Assembly: GCA_041694815.1 (NCBI GenBank)
Contig: JBGFSC010000047.1
Coordinates: 23,362-87,361 of the forward strand
DNA from: Elusimicrobiota bacterium
GTDB taxonomy: Bacteria; Elusimicrobiota; Elusimicrobia; UBA1565; JACRDR01
Reading direction: 5' to 3'
DNA length: 64,000 bases
Of this stretch, positions 1-9,479 are shown piece after piece. The stretch's first letter is position 1, and each line of letters begins with the position of its first letter. The notes beneath the pieces are model-generated. The model was not told where the DNA came from, searched no databases, and saw only the letters and a program-made list of their open reading frames with translations. A program made the position numbers and the translations under genes.

Positions 1-75
1 GCCGCCGGACGCGCCTTTCTACCAGGCCACGCTTCACTCTCCGATTATACTAATTGTGCCACGAGCCCTAAACGC

Positions 76-3000
76 ATGAGCGGCAAGCCCGAATTCGTCC
101 ACCTGCACAACCATTCGGAGTATTCGCTGCTCGACGGGATCACCCGCTTCACGGACCATGACGGCGGCCCCTCCGAGCTGCTCAAATCCCTCGCGCACGA
201 GGGCGCGCGCGGCCTGGCCTTGACCGACCATGGCAACCTCTACGGGGCCGTCGAGTTCTACACGCAGTGCAACAAGGTAGGGCTCAACCCCATCATCGGC
301 TGCGAGATGTACATGGCCAAGGGCTCCCGGCTCGACCGCGGCGGCTCGCAGAAGGAGAACTGTCACCTCACGGTGCTCGCGCGTAACCTCGAGGGATACG
401 AGAACCTCATGCTGCTGAGCTCCAAGGGCTTCCTCGAGGGCTTCTACTACGACGCGCGCATCGACCGGGAGCTGCTGGCCAAGCATTCCAAGGGTCTCAT
501 CGTGCTCTCGGGCTGCCTCAAGAGCGAAATCTGCCAGGCCATCGCCTCGGGCGACCTGCAGGGGGCCTTGAAGCTGGTCGGGCAGTACCAGGAGATCCTC
601 GAGCCCGGCTCTTTCTACTTGGAGATCATGGACCATGGTTTAGAAAAGCAGCGCCAAGCTCTCAAGGCCCTGCTCGAGATCCACGAACGCACCAAGATCC
701 CGCTGGTGGCGACTAACGACTGCCATTACGCCAAGAAGTCCGACTTCGACGCCCAGGACGCGCGGGTCTGCATCGCGACGGGACGCAAGCTCGCCGACCT
801 CAACCGGCTCAAGTTCGAAAGCCACGAATTCTACTTCAAGACCCCCGCCGAGATGGCCAAGATCTTCGACTTCGCGCCGCAGGCCCTCTCGAACACGCTC
901 AAGATCGCCGAGATGTGCCATCTGAGGATACCGATGGACCAGCTCCTGCTACCGCATTACGCGGTGCCCGAGGGCCAAACCCAGGACAGCTACTTGGAGA
1001 AGCTCTGCCACGAGGGCCTGGCTCGGCTCGGGAAATCCGGCAAGCGGGAATACGAATCGCGCCTGCAATTCGAGTTGGGCACGATTAAAAAGATGGGCTT
1101 TTCGGGCTACTTCCTCATCGTCTGGGACTTCATCCGCTACGCCAAGATCCACGGGGTCCCCGTCGGCCCGGGACGCGGGTCGGGGGCGGGATCGCTGGTT
1201 TCCTACGCGCTCGACATCACCACGGTCGATCCCATCGAGCACGCCCTGCTCTTCGAGCGCTTCCTCAACCCGGACCGCCGTTCCATGCCTGACCTCGACA
1301 TCGACTTCTCCGACGAGGGCCGCGAGACCGTTATCGAATACGTCCGCCGGAAGTACGGCGACGAGAACGTGGCCCGCATCATCACCTTCTCCTCCATGGC
1401 CGCGCGCGCGGCCATCCGCGACGTGGGCCGCGTGCTCGGTACGCCGCTGGCCGAGGTCGACGCGCTGGCCAAGCTGATCCCCTTCGGGCAGACCATCCAC
1501 AAGACCCTCGAGACCTCGCCGGAGCTGGGCGAGGCCGCCAAGCGCCCCGATATCCGGCAGCTGCTGGAGCTAGCACAGAAGCTTGAGGGTCTCAAGCGCA
1601 ACACGAGCGTGCACGCCGCCGGCATCGTGATCACCAAGGAAGCCGTCGTCAAGTATACGCCGCTGTCGCAGGCCAACAACGGCGTGGTGACCACCCAATA
1701 CGACGGGGACATGCTGCCCAAGCTCGGGCTGCTCAAGATGGATTTCCTCGGCCTGCGCACGCTCTCGATCATCGAGCACACCGTCGAGAACATCCGCTCG
1801 CGCTCGCGAGGGGAGTTCGACATCACGCGCGTGCCGATGGACGACGCCAAGACCTTCGAGCTGCTTAAGTCCGGCAAGACGCTCGGGGTGTTCCAGCTCG
1901 ACTCCGAGGGGATCCGCGACCTCGTCCGGAAGCTCAAGCCGACCGAGTTCTCGGACGTCGTGGCCTTGGTCGCCCTCTACCGGCCCGGCCCCATGAAAAG
2001 CGGCATGGTGGACGACTTCGTGGCGCGCAAGCACGGCGCTAAAAAGATCGTCTACGAGCACCCGCGCCTGGAGCCCATTCTCAAGGACACCTACGGCTGC
2101 ATCGTCTATCAGGAGCAGGTGATGGAGATCTCCAAGTCCCTGGCCGGGTTCACGCCGGGACAGGCCGACGGCCTGCGCAAGGCCATGGGCAAGAAGATCC
2201 CCGCCGAGCTCGAGAAGCTGCGCGGCGATTTCCTGGCGGGCTGCAAGAACAATAAGATCGCCGACAGGCTGGCCAACAAGATCTACGACCAGATGGCGGA
2301 GTTCGGGGGCTACGGCTTCAACAAGAGCCACTCCTGCGCCTACGGGCTCATCGCCTACCAAACGGCCTACCTCAAGGCGAATTACCCCTTGGAATTCATG
2401 ACCGCCCTGCTCACCTCCGAAATCGGGCATAGCGCCATGGTCGAAGGCAAGGAAAACAAGCTCGTCACCTACCTCGACGACGCCAAGTCGATGGGCCTGG
2501 AGGTGCTGCCTCCCGACGTAGGCCGCTCGGAGCTGCTCTTCTCCATGGAGGGGCCTGCGATCCGCTTCGGACTCGTCGCTATCAAGAACGTGGGCTCCGG
2601 AGCCGCCGAGTCCATCCTGGCGGCCCGCAAGCTCGGCCCCTTCGCCTCCTTGGACGATTTCTGCAGGCGGGTGGACCTGCACGCGGTCAACCGGAAGGTG
2701 CTCGAGTCCTTAGTCAAGGCCGGCGCGATGGATTCGATGAATCCGGAGCGGCCGGTCGCCCAGGCGCGCGCCGATCTCTTGGCGGCGCTGGAATCCTCCA
2801 TGGACCGCCAAGCCAAGGTCAAGGAGGATTTGAGCCGAGGACAGGGGCTGCTCTTCGGTGCCGAGAACAGCGCGCCGGCGGCCCCCGAGGCCGCCGCGGA
2901 GCCGCTCAAGGAGCACGATCTCCTCAAGGCGGAAAAGGAAGTGCTCGGCTTCTACCTGTCAGGGCATCCCCTGCTGCGCTACCGCGACCGCCTCCATTGC

Positions 3001-3564
3001 GTGCGCACGCACGCCATCGACGCCTTAAAGCCCGAGGCGGCCGGGCCGGCGCGCCTGGCCGGGCTGATCAGCCAGATCAAGCGGCTGGTCACCAAGGAGA
3101 AGGGCGAGCAATACGCCCGGGCCGTGCTCGAGGACATGACGGGCGAAATTCCCCTCCTCGTCTTCCCCCGGGCCTACGCCTCGGGCCTCGGCAAGCAGCT
3201 CGCGCTCAACGCGATCGTCACGGTGTCCGGCCGGATCAATTTCCGCGGCGAGAGCGACCCGCCCATGCCGGAGATGATCGTCGAGGAGATACTCCCCATC
3301 GACATGGCCCTCTCCCGCTGGGCCCGCGGGCTGACCATCCCCTTTTCCACGGCGGCCCTCGAGAAGCCCTTGCTCGAGCAGCTGCGCGGCGTGCTCGAAC
3401 GCCACCCCGGCCGCTGCCCGGTCACGCTGCAGCTCGAGTCGCCCGCGCATGGGAGCTCGGTCATCGAGACCGACACCTCGGTCCGGCTAGAGGAATCCCT
3501 GTTCGAGGACTTAGAGAAGGTGCTGGGCGAACGGGCTTGGCGGATTGAAAGCGCCGTAAAATAA
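76..3564 (+). CDS. dnaE: DNA polymerase III alpha subunit
   Basis: 1162-aa ORF; N-terminal PHP motif FVHLHNHSEYSLLDG; collinear DnaE architecture over full length. Confidence 0.9.
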   Translation: MSGKPEFVHLHNHSEYSLLDGITRFTDHDGGPSELLKSLAHEGARGLALTDHGNLYGAVEFYTQCNKVGLNPIIGCEMYMAKGSRLDRGGSQKENCHLTVLARNLEGYENLMLLSSKGFLEGFYYDARIDRELLAKHSKGLIVLSGCLKSEICQAIASGDLQGALKLVGQYQEILEPGSFYLEIMDHGLEKQRQALKALLEIHERTKIPLVATNDCHYAKKSDFDAQDARVCIATGRKLADLNRLKFESHEFYFKTPAEMAKIFDFAPQALSNTLKIAEMCHLRIPMDQLLLPHYAVPEGQTQDSYLEKLCHEGLARLGKSGKREYESRLQFELGTIKKMGFSGYFLIVWDFIRYAKIHGVPVGPGRGSGAGSLVSYALDITTVDPIEHALLFERFLNPDRRSMPDLDIDFSDEGRETVIEYVRRKYGDENVARIITFSSMAARAAIRDVGRVLGTPLAEVDALAKLIPFGQTIHKTLETSPELGEAAKRPDIRQLLELAQKLEGLKRNTSVHAAGIVITKEAVVKYTPLSQANNGVVTTQYDGDMLPKLGLLKMDFLGLRTLSIIEHTVENIRSRSRGEFDITRVPMDDAKTFELLKSGKTLGVFQLDSEGIRDLVRKLKPTEFSDVVALVALYRPGPMKSGMVDDFVARKHGAKKIVYEHPRLEPILKDTYGCIVYQEQVMEISKSLAGFTPGQADGLRKAMGKKIPAELEKLRGDFLAGCKNNKIADRLANKIYDQMAEFGGYGFNKSHSCAYGLIAYQTAYLKANYPLEFMTALLTSEIGHSAMVEGKENKLVTYLDDAKSMGLEVLPPDVGRSELLFSMEGPAIRFGLVAIKNVGSGAAESILAARKLGPFASLDDFCRRVDLHAVNRKVLESLVKAGAMDSMNPERPVAQARADLLAALESSMDRQAKVKEDLSRGQGLLFGAENSAPAAPEAAAEPLKEHDLLKAEKEVLGFYLSGHPLLRYRDRLHCVRTHAIDALKPEAAGPARLAGLISQIKRLVTKEKGEQYARAVLEDMTGEIPLLVFPRAYASGLGKQLALNAIVTVSGRINFRGESDPPMPEMIVEEILPIDMALSRWARGLTIPFSTAALEKPLLEQLRGVLERHPGRCPVTLQLESPAHGSSVIETDTSVRLEESLFEDLEKVLGERAWRIESAVK

Positions 3565-3583
3565 AAGCTAAAATCGCCTTCTC

Positions 3584-4627
3584 ATGAGACATTTTTTATT
3601 ACTTGCTTGCTGCCTTACACTCGCTCAGGCGGCTCTTTGCGCGGATCGGCCATCCAAGACGCATCCCAAGGACGCCCAGAAGGCCGAGGAGCTCTATGAC
3701 GGCAACTTCGCCCTGATCGCCTCGACCAGCGAAGTCTTAAAGCCGATGTCCCCGGTCGATTCCGCCATCTCCCGCCTGTCTCATAAGGACCCCATGGTGC
3801 GCCGCCACGCCATCGACGAACTGGGACGCATCCGGGACATGAAGGCCGTGGAAGCCATCTTGCCGGCGCTCTCCGATGACAACCCCTTCGTGCGGGCCGC
3901 CGCGGCCGACGTGCTGGGGCTCTTGCGCGCCCCGCAATCGGCGCCCAAGATCGCGAAGCTCCTCGTCAAGGACCCGGACGCGCAGGTGCGCCAGAGCGCG
4001 GCGATCGCGCTCAATTACCTGGCGGATCCCTCCACCGACGAGGCCCTAATCGCGGCCCTCAAGGATTCCTCAGACGGGGTGCGTTTCGCGGCCGCGCGCA
4101 CGCTCGGCGCGCTGCGCTCGCCTAAGGGCGCAGCCCCACTGGCCGCGGCCCTCAAGGATCCCAATCCCAACATGCGGCGCGCCGCCGCCACGGCCCTCGG
4201 CCTGCTCGGCTCCGCCAGCGCGGCAGCCGCGCTCAAGGAGGCGGCCCAGGATCCGGACGCCGGTGTGCGCCAAGAAGCGGTCAAAAGCCTGGGCGCCACG
4301 AGCGACCCATCCATCGTCGAATTCCTCAAGGCGCGCTTGAGCGACCCGGACGCGCAGGTCAAGGTCCAGGCGGCCCTCGCCCTCGGGCGGATGAACGACG
4401 ACTCGGGGCTCGGCCTGGGGCTCGAGCTGCTGGCCAGCCCAGAAGCGGCCCTCCGGCGGCAGGGTGCCAGCATCGTGGCCCTGGCGGGAGACAAGGAGAA
4501 GGCCCTGCCCGCCCTGGAGAAGGCTCTTGCGGCCGAGAAGGACCCGCCCACCCGGCATATCCTTGGCTACTGCCTCGCCCAACTCAAGGGTCGATTGGGA
4601 ATCCGGGAAAAGAAAGGCAAACCTTAA
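3584..4627 (+). CDS. HEAT-repeat (PBS-lyase-like) protein with signal peptide
   Basis: N-terminal hydrophobic leader MRHFLLLACCLTLAQAALCA; tandem repeats of the DPDAQVRQ-AA-ALG type. Confidence 0.6.
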   Translation: MRHFLLLACCLTLAQAALCADRPSKTHPKDAQKAEELYDGNFALIASTSEVLKPMSPVDSAISRLSHKDPMVRRHAIDELGRIRDMKAVEAILPALSDDNPFVRAAAADVLGLLRAPQSAPKIAKLLVKDPDAQVRQSAAIALNYLADPSTDEALIAALKDSSDGVRFAAARTLGALRSPKGAAPLAAALKDPNPNMRRAAATALGLLGSASAAAALKEAAQDPDAGVRQEAVKSLGATSDPSIVEFLKARLSDPDAQVKVQAALALGRMNDDSGLGLGLELLASPEAALRRQGASIVALAGDKEKALPALEKALAAEKDPPTRHILGYCLAQLKGRLGIREKKGKP

Positions 4628-5415
4628 TGCAACGCGCCGGCGCCGTCCTGCTGCTCGCGCTTTACGCGCTGCCCGCCACGGCGAAGGAGCGCAAGCCCTT
4701 CTTCAGCTTCAAGCCGAAGGCGGAGGCCCAGGCGCGCAAAGGGGGCCATGACGCCCTCACGCAGCCGGACACCGAGCTCATCGACACCCCGACGGCGGCC
4801 GTGCTCGACTACGGGGGCTACTCCAGCCGGACTCGCTTCTTCTCCCAGGGCGGCCTGCTCGAATGGCTGAGCTTCGGCGTCTTCCAGCGGCTCAATATCG
4901 GCGCCTCGCTCAACGTGGACCGGCTCATCGGCACCGGCAGCCCCACGCAACTGACCCGCCCCGACCTGCAGATCAAATACCGCTTTTTCGACGGCGACCC
5001 GATCATCCCGGCGCTAGCCGTCGGCTTCGATGGGCAGGGCTACCTCTACAATCGCGTCGAGCAGCGATGGAACCATCGCCAGCGCGGCTTCTACCTCGTC
5101 GGCTCGCAGGAGATCGGACTGCCCGGCCTCCAGTTGCACGGCGGCGCGAACATATCGGATTTCAACAGCAACGCCATCTTCGGCACGGTATCCGCCAGCT
5201 ACGGCGTCTCCGACAAGGCCCTGCTCATGGCGGAGTGGGACAACATCAACAAGATCCTCAACAGCCGCTGCAATCTTGGCTTGCGAATATATATCACGCC
5301 GGCTTTCCACTTGGATTTTGCCGTCCGCAGCGTCGGCCAGGGAGGCGCCTTCACCAACGGCGTCCTCCGCGGCCCGGAGCGCGTCGTCAATCTCAAGTAC
5401 ACCGGCAATTTCTAG
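4627..5415 (+). CDS. outer-membrane beta-barrel protein (hypothetical)
   Basis: signal peptide MQRAGAVLLLALYALPATA; C-terminus ends in aromatic -KYTGNF typical of OM beta-barrels; TAATG overlap with upstream stop. Confidence 0.45.
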   Translation: MQRAGAVLLLALYALPATAKERKPFFSFKPKAEAQARKGGHDALTQPDTELIDTPTAAVLDYGGYSSRTRFFSQGGLLEWLSFGVFQRLNIGASLNVDRLIGTGSPTQLTRPDLQIKYRFFDGDPIIPALAVGFDGQGYLYNRVEQRWNHRQRGFYLVGSQEIGLPGLQLHGGANISDFNSNAIFGTVSASYGVSDKALLMAEWDNINKILNSRCNLGLRIYITPAFHLDFAVRSVGQGGAFTNGVLRGPERVVNLKYTGNF

Positions 5416-5425
5416 GAGGAGAATT

Positions 5426-6499
5426 ATGGCGCATATGAAAGCAAAGGATCATTTCGTCCGTTTGACCCCCGGCAAGTTGATGGGGCTTCGTCAGATCACC
5501 GACTCCAACAACCGCTTCAAGGTCCTCGCCCTGGACCAGTCGAATTCGTTCAAGAAGGCCCTGCGCGCCATGCATGAGAAGGCCGGCAAGCCAGCGGAGC
5601 CCTCCTACGAGGAGATCCGCGACGTGAAGGTCGAGATGGTCCGCGTTCTCGGCGAATACGCCAGCGCCACCCTGCTCGACGTCAATTTTGGGGCCCGCCA
5701 GGCCCTCAACTCCCTGGCCCTGCCCAAATCGGTGGGCCTGATCGTGCGCTCGGAGGCCTCTAAGGACGCGGGCCTACCCTCCGAATATGAGCCGGGCTGG
5801 AGCGTGGAGAAGATTAAGCGCATGGGGGCCGCGGCCGTGAAGCTGCTCGTTTACCTCGACACCGAGGACGCGGCCAACGTCAAGGCACAGATCGCCTTTG
5901 TCGAGAAGGTATCGAAGGCCTGCGCCGAGCAGGATATCCTGCTCATGACCGAGGAGCTCTCCTTCCCCCGCAAGGGCGAGGAAAAGTCCAGCCCCGCTTA
6001 CCAAGCGCGCAAGGTCAAGAATATCCTCGAGGCCACCCGCCTCATCGGCCCGCACACCGACATCCTCAAGCTGGAGTTTCCCGGCAATATCAAGGAGGAC
6101 CCGGCCTCTAAACTGCAGGAGAACCTCGGCAAGCTCGACGAGGCGGCGATCCGCCCATGGGTGCTGCTGTCGGCAGGCGAGAAATTCGACCTGTTCGTCA
6201 AGCAGGTGGAGCTGGCGATGAAGGCCGGCTGTTCGGGATACATGGCCGGGCGCGCCATCTTCAACGAATATTTCGAGCAACCGAACGCATCGGCGCGCGG
6301 CCAATTCCTCAACGGGACGGGGGTCGAGCGCATGCGCACCCTCAACAAGATCATCGACGCCCACGCCCAAAGCTGGCTGGACCGCTACGGGATCAAGCCG
6401 GCCGAGCTCGCCGCCGCGGTAGCGTCCGACTGGTATCTCGATGGACGCTCGCCCGCAGCCTCCCGCCAGCCCGCCGCGGCCGTCCACGGGGATTATTGA
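5426..6499 (+). CDS. class I aldolase of the tagatose-1,6-bisphosphate aldolase (LacD) family
   Basis: GGAGGA RBS 6 nt upstream of ATG 5426. Blocks VLALDQSNSFKKAL, AAAVKLLVYLDTEDA, LKLEFPGN, WVLLSAGEKFDLF align with LacD as recalled from memory. ORF-track start at 5030 is an upstream extension. Confidence 0.6.
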   Translation: MAHMKAKDHFVRLTPGKLMGLRQITDSNNRFKVLALDQSNSFKKALRAMHEKAGKPAEPSYEEIRDVKVEMVRVLGEYASATLLDVNFGARQALNSLALPKSVGLIVRSEASKDAGLPSEYEPGWSVEKIKRMGAAAVKLLVYLDTEDAANVKAQIAFVEKVSKACAEQDILLMTEELSFPRKGEEKSSPAYQARKVKNILEATRLIGPHTDILKLEFPGNIKEDPASKLQENLGKLDEAAIRPWVLLSAGEKFDLFVKQVELAMKAGCSGYMAGRAIFNEYFEQPNASARGQFLNGTGVERMRTLNKIIDAHAQSWLDRYGIKPAELAAAVASDWYLDGRSPAASRQPAAAVHGDY

Positions 6500-6501
6500 C
6501 C

Positions 6502-7563
6502 GTGCCAAAGCCCAAGCGCATCGGCATCCTCACCGGCGGTGGTGATTGCCCGGGGCTCAATCCGGCCATCCGCGGCGTCGTGCTCCAGGCACGGCAATTG
6601 GGTTTCGAATGCGTCGGCCTGCTCGACGGCTGGAAAGGGATGATTGAGGCGCGCTCGCGCCCCCTCTCGGCCCGCGACGTGGAGGAGATCGTCGGCAAGG
6701 GAGGGACGATACTGGGAACCTCCAGGACCAACCCCTACAAAAAGGACGGCGGCCCGGCCAAGTGCCTCGAGACGCTCCGCAATCTCGACCTCGCGGCCCT
6801 GGTGGCGATGGGTGGCGAGGATACCCTCGGGGTGGCGGCCAAGCTGCACAAGGAGCACCGCTTTCCGGTGATCGGGGTCCCCAAGACGATGGACAATGAT
6901 CTCTCCGCCACCGATTACACCTTCGGCTTCGACACCTCCGTGACCATCGCCGTCGACGCGGCTGAGCGCCTGCGCGATACCGGGCGCAGCCACAAGCGCA
7001 TCATGGTACTCGAGGTCATGGGACGCCACGCCGGGTGGGTGGCGCTGTTTACCGGCATCGCCGCGGGCGCCGACTACGTATGCCTGCCCGAGCGGCCCGT
7101 TGACGTCGAGGACATGACGGCCAAGCTCAAGGCGGCGCACGCCAGGAAGGGAGTGGCCCTGGTCGTCGCCAGCGAGGCGATCGAGCTGCCCGGTGACAAG
7201 AAGGAGGAAAAGCTCGACGAGTTCGGGCATATGATCCTCAAGGAGCGCGGCGTGGCGGAGCGCCTGACCTCCCTCATCGGCGAGAAGACGGGCATCGAGA
7301 CGCGCTCGGCCGTCATCGGCCACATCCAGCGCGGCGGCCCCCCCACCCTCTTCGACCGCATCCTGGGCACCCGGGTGGGCGTGAAGGCGGCGGAGCTCGT
7401 TTCCGCCGGAGATTTCGGCAAGATGGTGGCCCTCCAAGGCGACTCCGTCGTCGCCGTGCCGCTCGAGAAGGCCACCGGCGAGCTTAAGACCGTGCCTCCC
7501 CGGTGGCTGGCCCTGCTCGACGGCCTCACCGCCGCCGAGGCGCCCATGGGGGCCGGGGTCTAG
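6502..7563 (+). CDS. pfkA: 6-phosphofructokinase (PfkA family, possibly PPi-dependent)
   Basis: RIGILTGGGDCPGLN, MGGEDTLGVAAKL, GHIQRGGPPT motifs; GTG start at 6502 immediately after the aldolase stop. Confidence 0.8.
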   Translation: MPKPKRIGILTGGGDCPGLNPAIRGVVLQARQLGFECVGLLDGWKGMIEARSRPLSARDVEEIVGKGGTILGTSRTNPYKKDGGPAKCLETLRNLDLAALVAMGGEDTLGVAAKLHKEHRFPVIGVPKTMDNDLSATDYTFGFDTSVTIAVDAAERLRDTGRSHKRIMVLEVMGRHAGWVALFTGIAAGADYVCLPERPVDVEDMTAKLKAAHARKGVALVVASEAIELPGDKKEEKLDEFGHMILKERGVAERLTSLIGEKTGIETRSAVIGHIQRGGPPTLFDRILGTRVGVKAAELVSAGDFGKMVALQGDSVVAVPLEKATGELKTVPPRWLALLDGLTAAEAPMGAGV

Positions 7564-7569
7564 CCGAAC

Positions 7570-8145
7570 GTGGCCGAGAACCAAAAATTCCAGCGCCGCA
7601 CCATCCTGGTCAAGAAGTCGCTGCAGCTTAAGTACATCGCGGTGATCTTCGCCAGCGTGGTGGTCGCGGCACTGCTCATCGGAGGGGACATCTACTACAC
7701 CATGACGCGGCTGCTGCTCTCCGAAAACCCCGCGCTCAACTCGATGATCGCGGAGGTCAACCGCGTGATCTTGCTCAAGCTCGCCTTGTACCTGGGCATC
7801 ATCTTCCTCGTTTCCCTGTTCGTCTCGCACCGCTTCGCCGGGCCGATCTACCGGTTCGAGAAGTCGGCCCAGTCGGTCGCCGCGGGAGACCTCACGCACC
7901 GCGTCAGCCTGCGCACGGGCGACGAACTCCTCGAGCTGCAGGAGGAGTTCAACGCGATGGTCGCCGGGCTCCAGGGCCAGATACAGAAGGACCGCACCCT
8001 CATCGCCCACCTAGGCTCGCGGATCGAGGAGGCGATCAAGAAGTTGCCCGACGGGGACGCCCTGCCCGCCGCCGTCTTCCTGCGCGAGGAGCTGCGCTCG
8101 CTCAAGACGGAGCTGCAACACATCACCAGCAGCTTCAAGGTTTAA
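7570..8145 (+). CDS. small membrane protein with HAMP domain
   Basis: one TM segment (IAVIFASVVVAALLIGG) followed by a HAMP-like amphipathic region and coiled coil; GTG start. Confidence 0.5.
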   Translation: MAENQKFQRRTILVKKSLQLKYIAVIFASVVVAALLIGGDIYYTMTRLLLSENPALNSMIAEVNRVILLKLALYLGIIFLVSLFVSHRFAGPIYRFEKSAQSVAAGDLTHRVSLRTGDELLELQEEFNAMVAGLQGQIQKDRTLIAHLGSRIEEAIKKLPDGDALPAAVFLREELRSLKTELQHITSSFKV

Positions 8146-8224
8146 GGGCTTGTGACACAATGCTCCTTGGCTCGCTCCAAAATCGCCTCGGCCAGATCGT
8201 CCATATTATTGTGTCACAAGCCCT
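8145..8224. repeat. 17-bp perfect inverted repeat (AGGGCTTGTGACACAAT / ATTGTGTCACAAGCCCT) with 46-nt spacer
   Basis: arms at 8145-8161 and 8208-8224 read directly; sits exactly in the gap between the HAMP gene stop and the TolC-like gene ATG at 8226. Confidence 0.8.
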
Positions 8225-8225
8225 A

Positions 8226-9479
8226 ATGGCCGCGGCATTCGCCCTTTTCTGGATCGCCGCGGCGGCGGCCCAGGGCCCCTCCCCACTGGAGCGCGGCTAC
8301 ACCCTTGAGGAAGCGCAGCGCTTAGCGCAGCTCAACAACGCGGCCCTGCTCTCCTCGGAGCAGGACATCGTGGTAGCCCAGCAGCGCGTCCAGGAGGCTC
8401 GCTTCCAGTTCCTTCCCGAGCTGGGCCTGCAGGCCAGCGGCACCCGGTACAATGCCCGCTACCCGTTCGCCCTCGCCCCGGAGTTCCGTTCCATCCTGCT
8501 ATTCCCCTCGGACATAGATAATATCTATTCGGGCCGCACCTACCTGCGCCAGTCGCTCTACGAAGGAGGGCGCGTGGTCAATCTCCTGCGCCTGGCCCAA
8601 ACGGCTCTCAAGCAGGCCCAGACGCAATACGACACCGTCAAGCTCGACATCGCCTTCAACACAAAGACGGTCTTCTACCGCCTCGTGCTCGCGCAGGATA
8701 TGCACGCCGCGTTGACCGAGCGCCTGCGCGACGCCGAGCGGCTGCTGCAGCAGCCGGGCTTCTCGGATTTCGAGCGCATCGAGGCCGAGGGGATGCTCGC
8801 CGAGCTCCGCGTGCGCGAGGCGGCGGCCGGCCGCGCCGTCGAGGCGGCGCGCCTCGACTTCCGCAGGGGCCTCAACCTCGAGCTCGACACGCCCGTGCGC
8901 GTGCTCGGCAGCCTCGAGACCAAGCCCGCCGCCGTGGACTTAGACAAGGCCGTCGTCTGGGCCACCGAGCTTCGCCCCGAGCTCCAAGCGGAAACCTACA
9001 AGGCCCAGATGGACGCGATCGCCGTCAACCTGGCCATGGGGCGGCGCAACCCCACCCTGGTGCTGGCCGGGGACTACGAGGTGACGGGGCAGCGCTTCCC
9101 CCTGAGGCAGAACAATTGGGACCTGACCCTGGGGCTGCGCATCCCGTTCTCCTACGACTTCTGGACCCAATTGCGGCAGAAGAAGGCCGAGCAGCGCCAG
9201 GGCGAGGTCAAGCGCGCCGAGCTGCACGACCGCGTGCGCATGGAGGTGCGCCAGGCCTACGACGATCTCCAATTCTGGCAGAACGAGTGGCCCCTGCGCG
9301 AACGCGAGTACAAGCGGATCGCGGGATTGTTTAAGGCCGCGCGCGGCAAGGGAGGGATGTCCCTGCTGCGGGCGCAGAACGCGGTGCTCGGCGTTCAAGA
9401 GCGCTATTTCATCGCCGTCGGCGAGCATCTGCTGGCCCGCGCCAGGCTCGAGCGCGCCATTGGCCGCCCCCTTCCCTAA
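8226..9479 (+). CDS. TolC-like outer membrane efflux protein (OEP family)
   Basis: signal peptide MAAAFALFWIAAAAAQG; OEP-type repeats. Start moved from the ORF-track 8160 to ATG 8226 because 8160-8225 lies inside the hairpin element. Confidence 0.65.
   Translation: MAAAFALFWIAAAAAQGPSPLERGYTLEEAQRLAQLNNAALLSSEQDIVVAQQRVQEARFQFLPELGLQASGTRYNARYPFALAPEFRSILLFPSDIDNIYSGRTYLRQSLYEGGRVVNLLRLAQTALKQAQTQYDTVKLDIAFNTKTVFYRLVLAQDMHAALTERLRDAERLLQQPGFSDFERIEAEGMLAELRVREAAAGRAVEAARLDFRRGLNLELDTPVRVLGSLETKPAAVDLDKAVVWATELRPELQAETYKAQMDAIAVNLAMGRRNPTLVLAGDYEVTGQRFPLRQNNWDLTLGLRIPFSYDFWTQLRQKKAEQRQGEVKRAELHDRVRMEVRQAYDDLQFWQNEWPLREREYKRIAGLFKAARGKGGMSLLRAQNAVLGVQERYFIAVGEHLLARARLERAIGRPLP

Noticed and set aside
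34-636. 200-aa minus-strand ORF (and 45-236 ORF) antisense to dnaE
   Set aside because: Lies entirely inside the strongly supported dnaE coding region. Long spurious antisense ORFs are expected at 67% GC. No recognisable motifs.
8142-8204. 20-codon minus-strand ORF (MDDLAEAILERAKEHCVTSP) inside the 8145-8224 hairpin
   Set aside because: Entirely within the loop/arm of the inverted repeat, with no RBS or promoter. More parsimoniously a by-product of the structured element.
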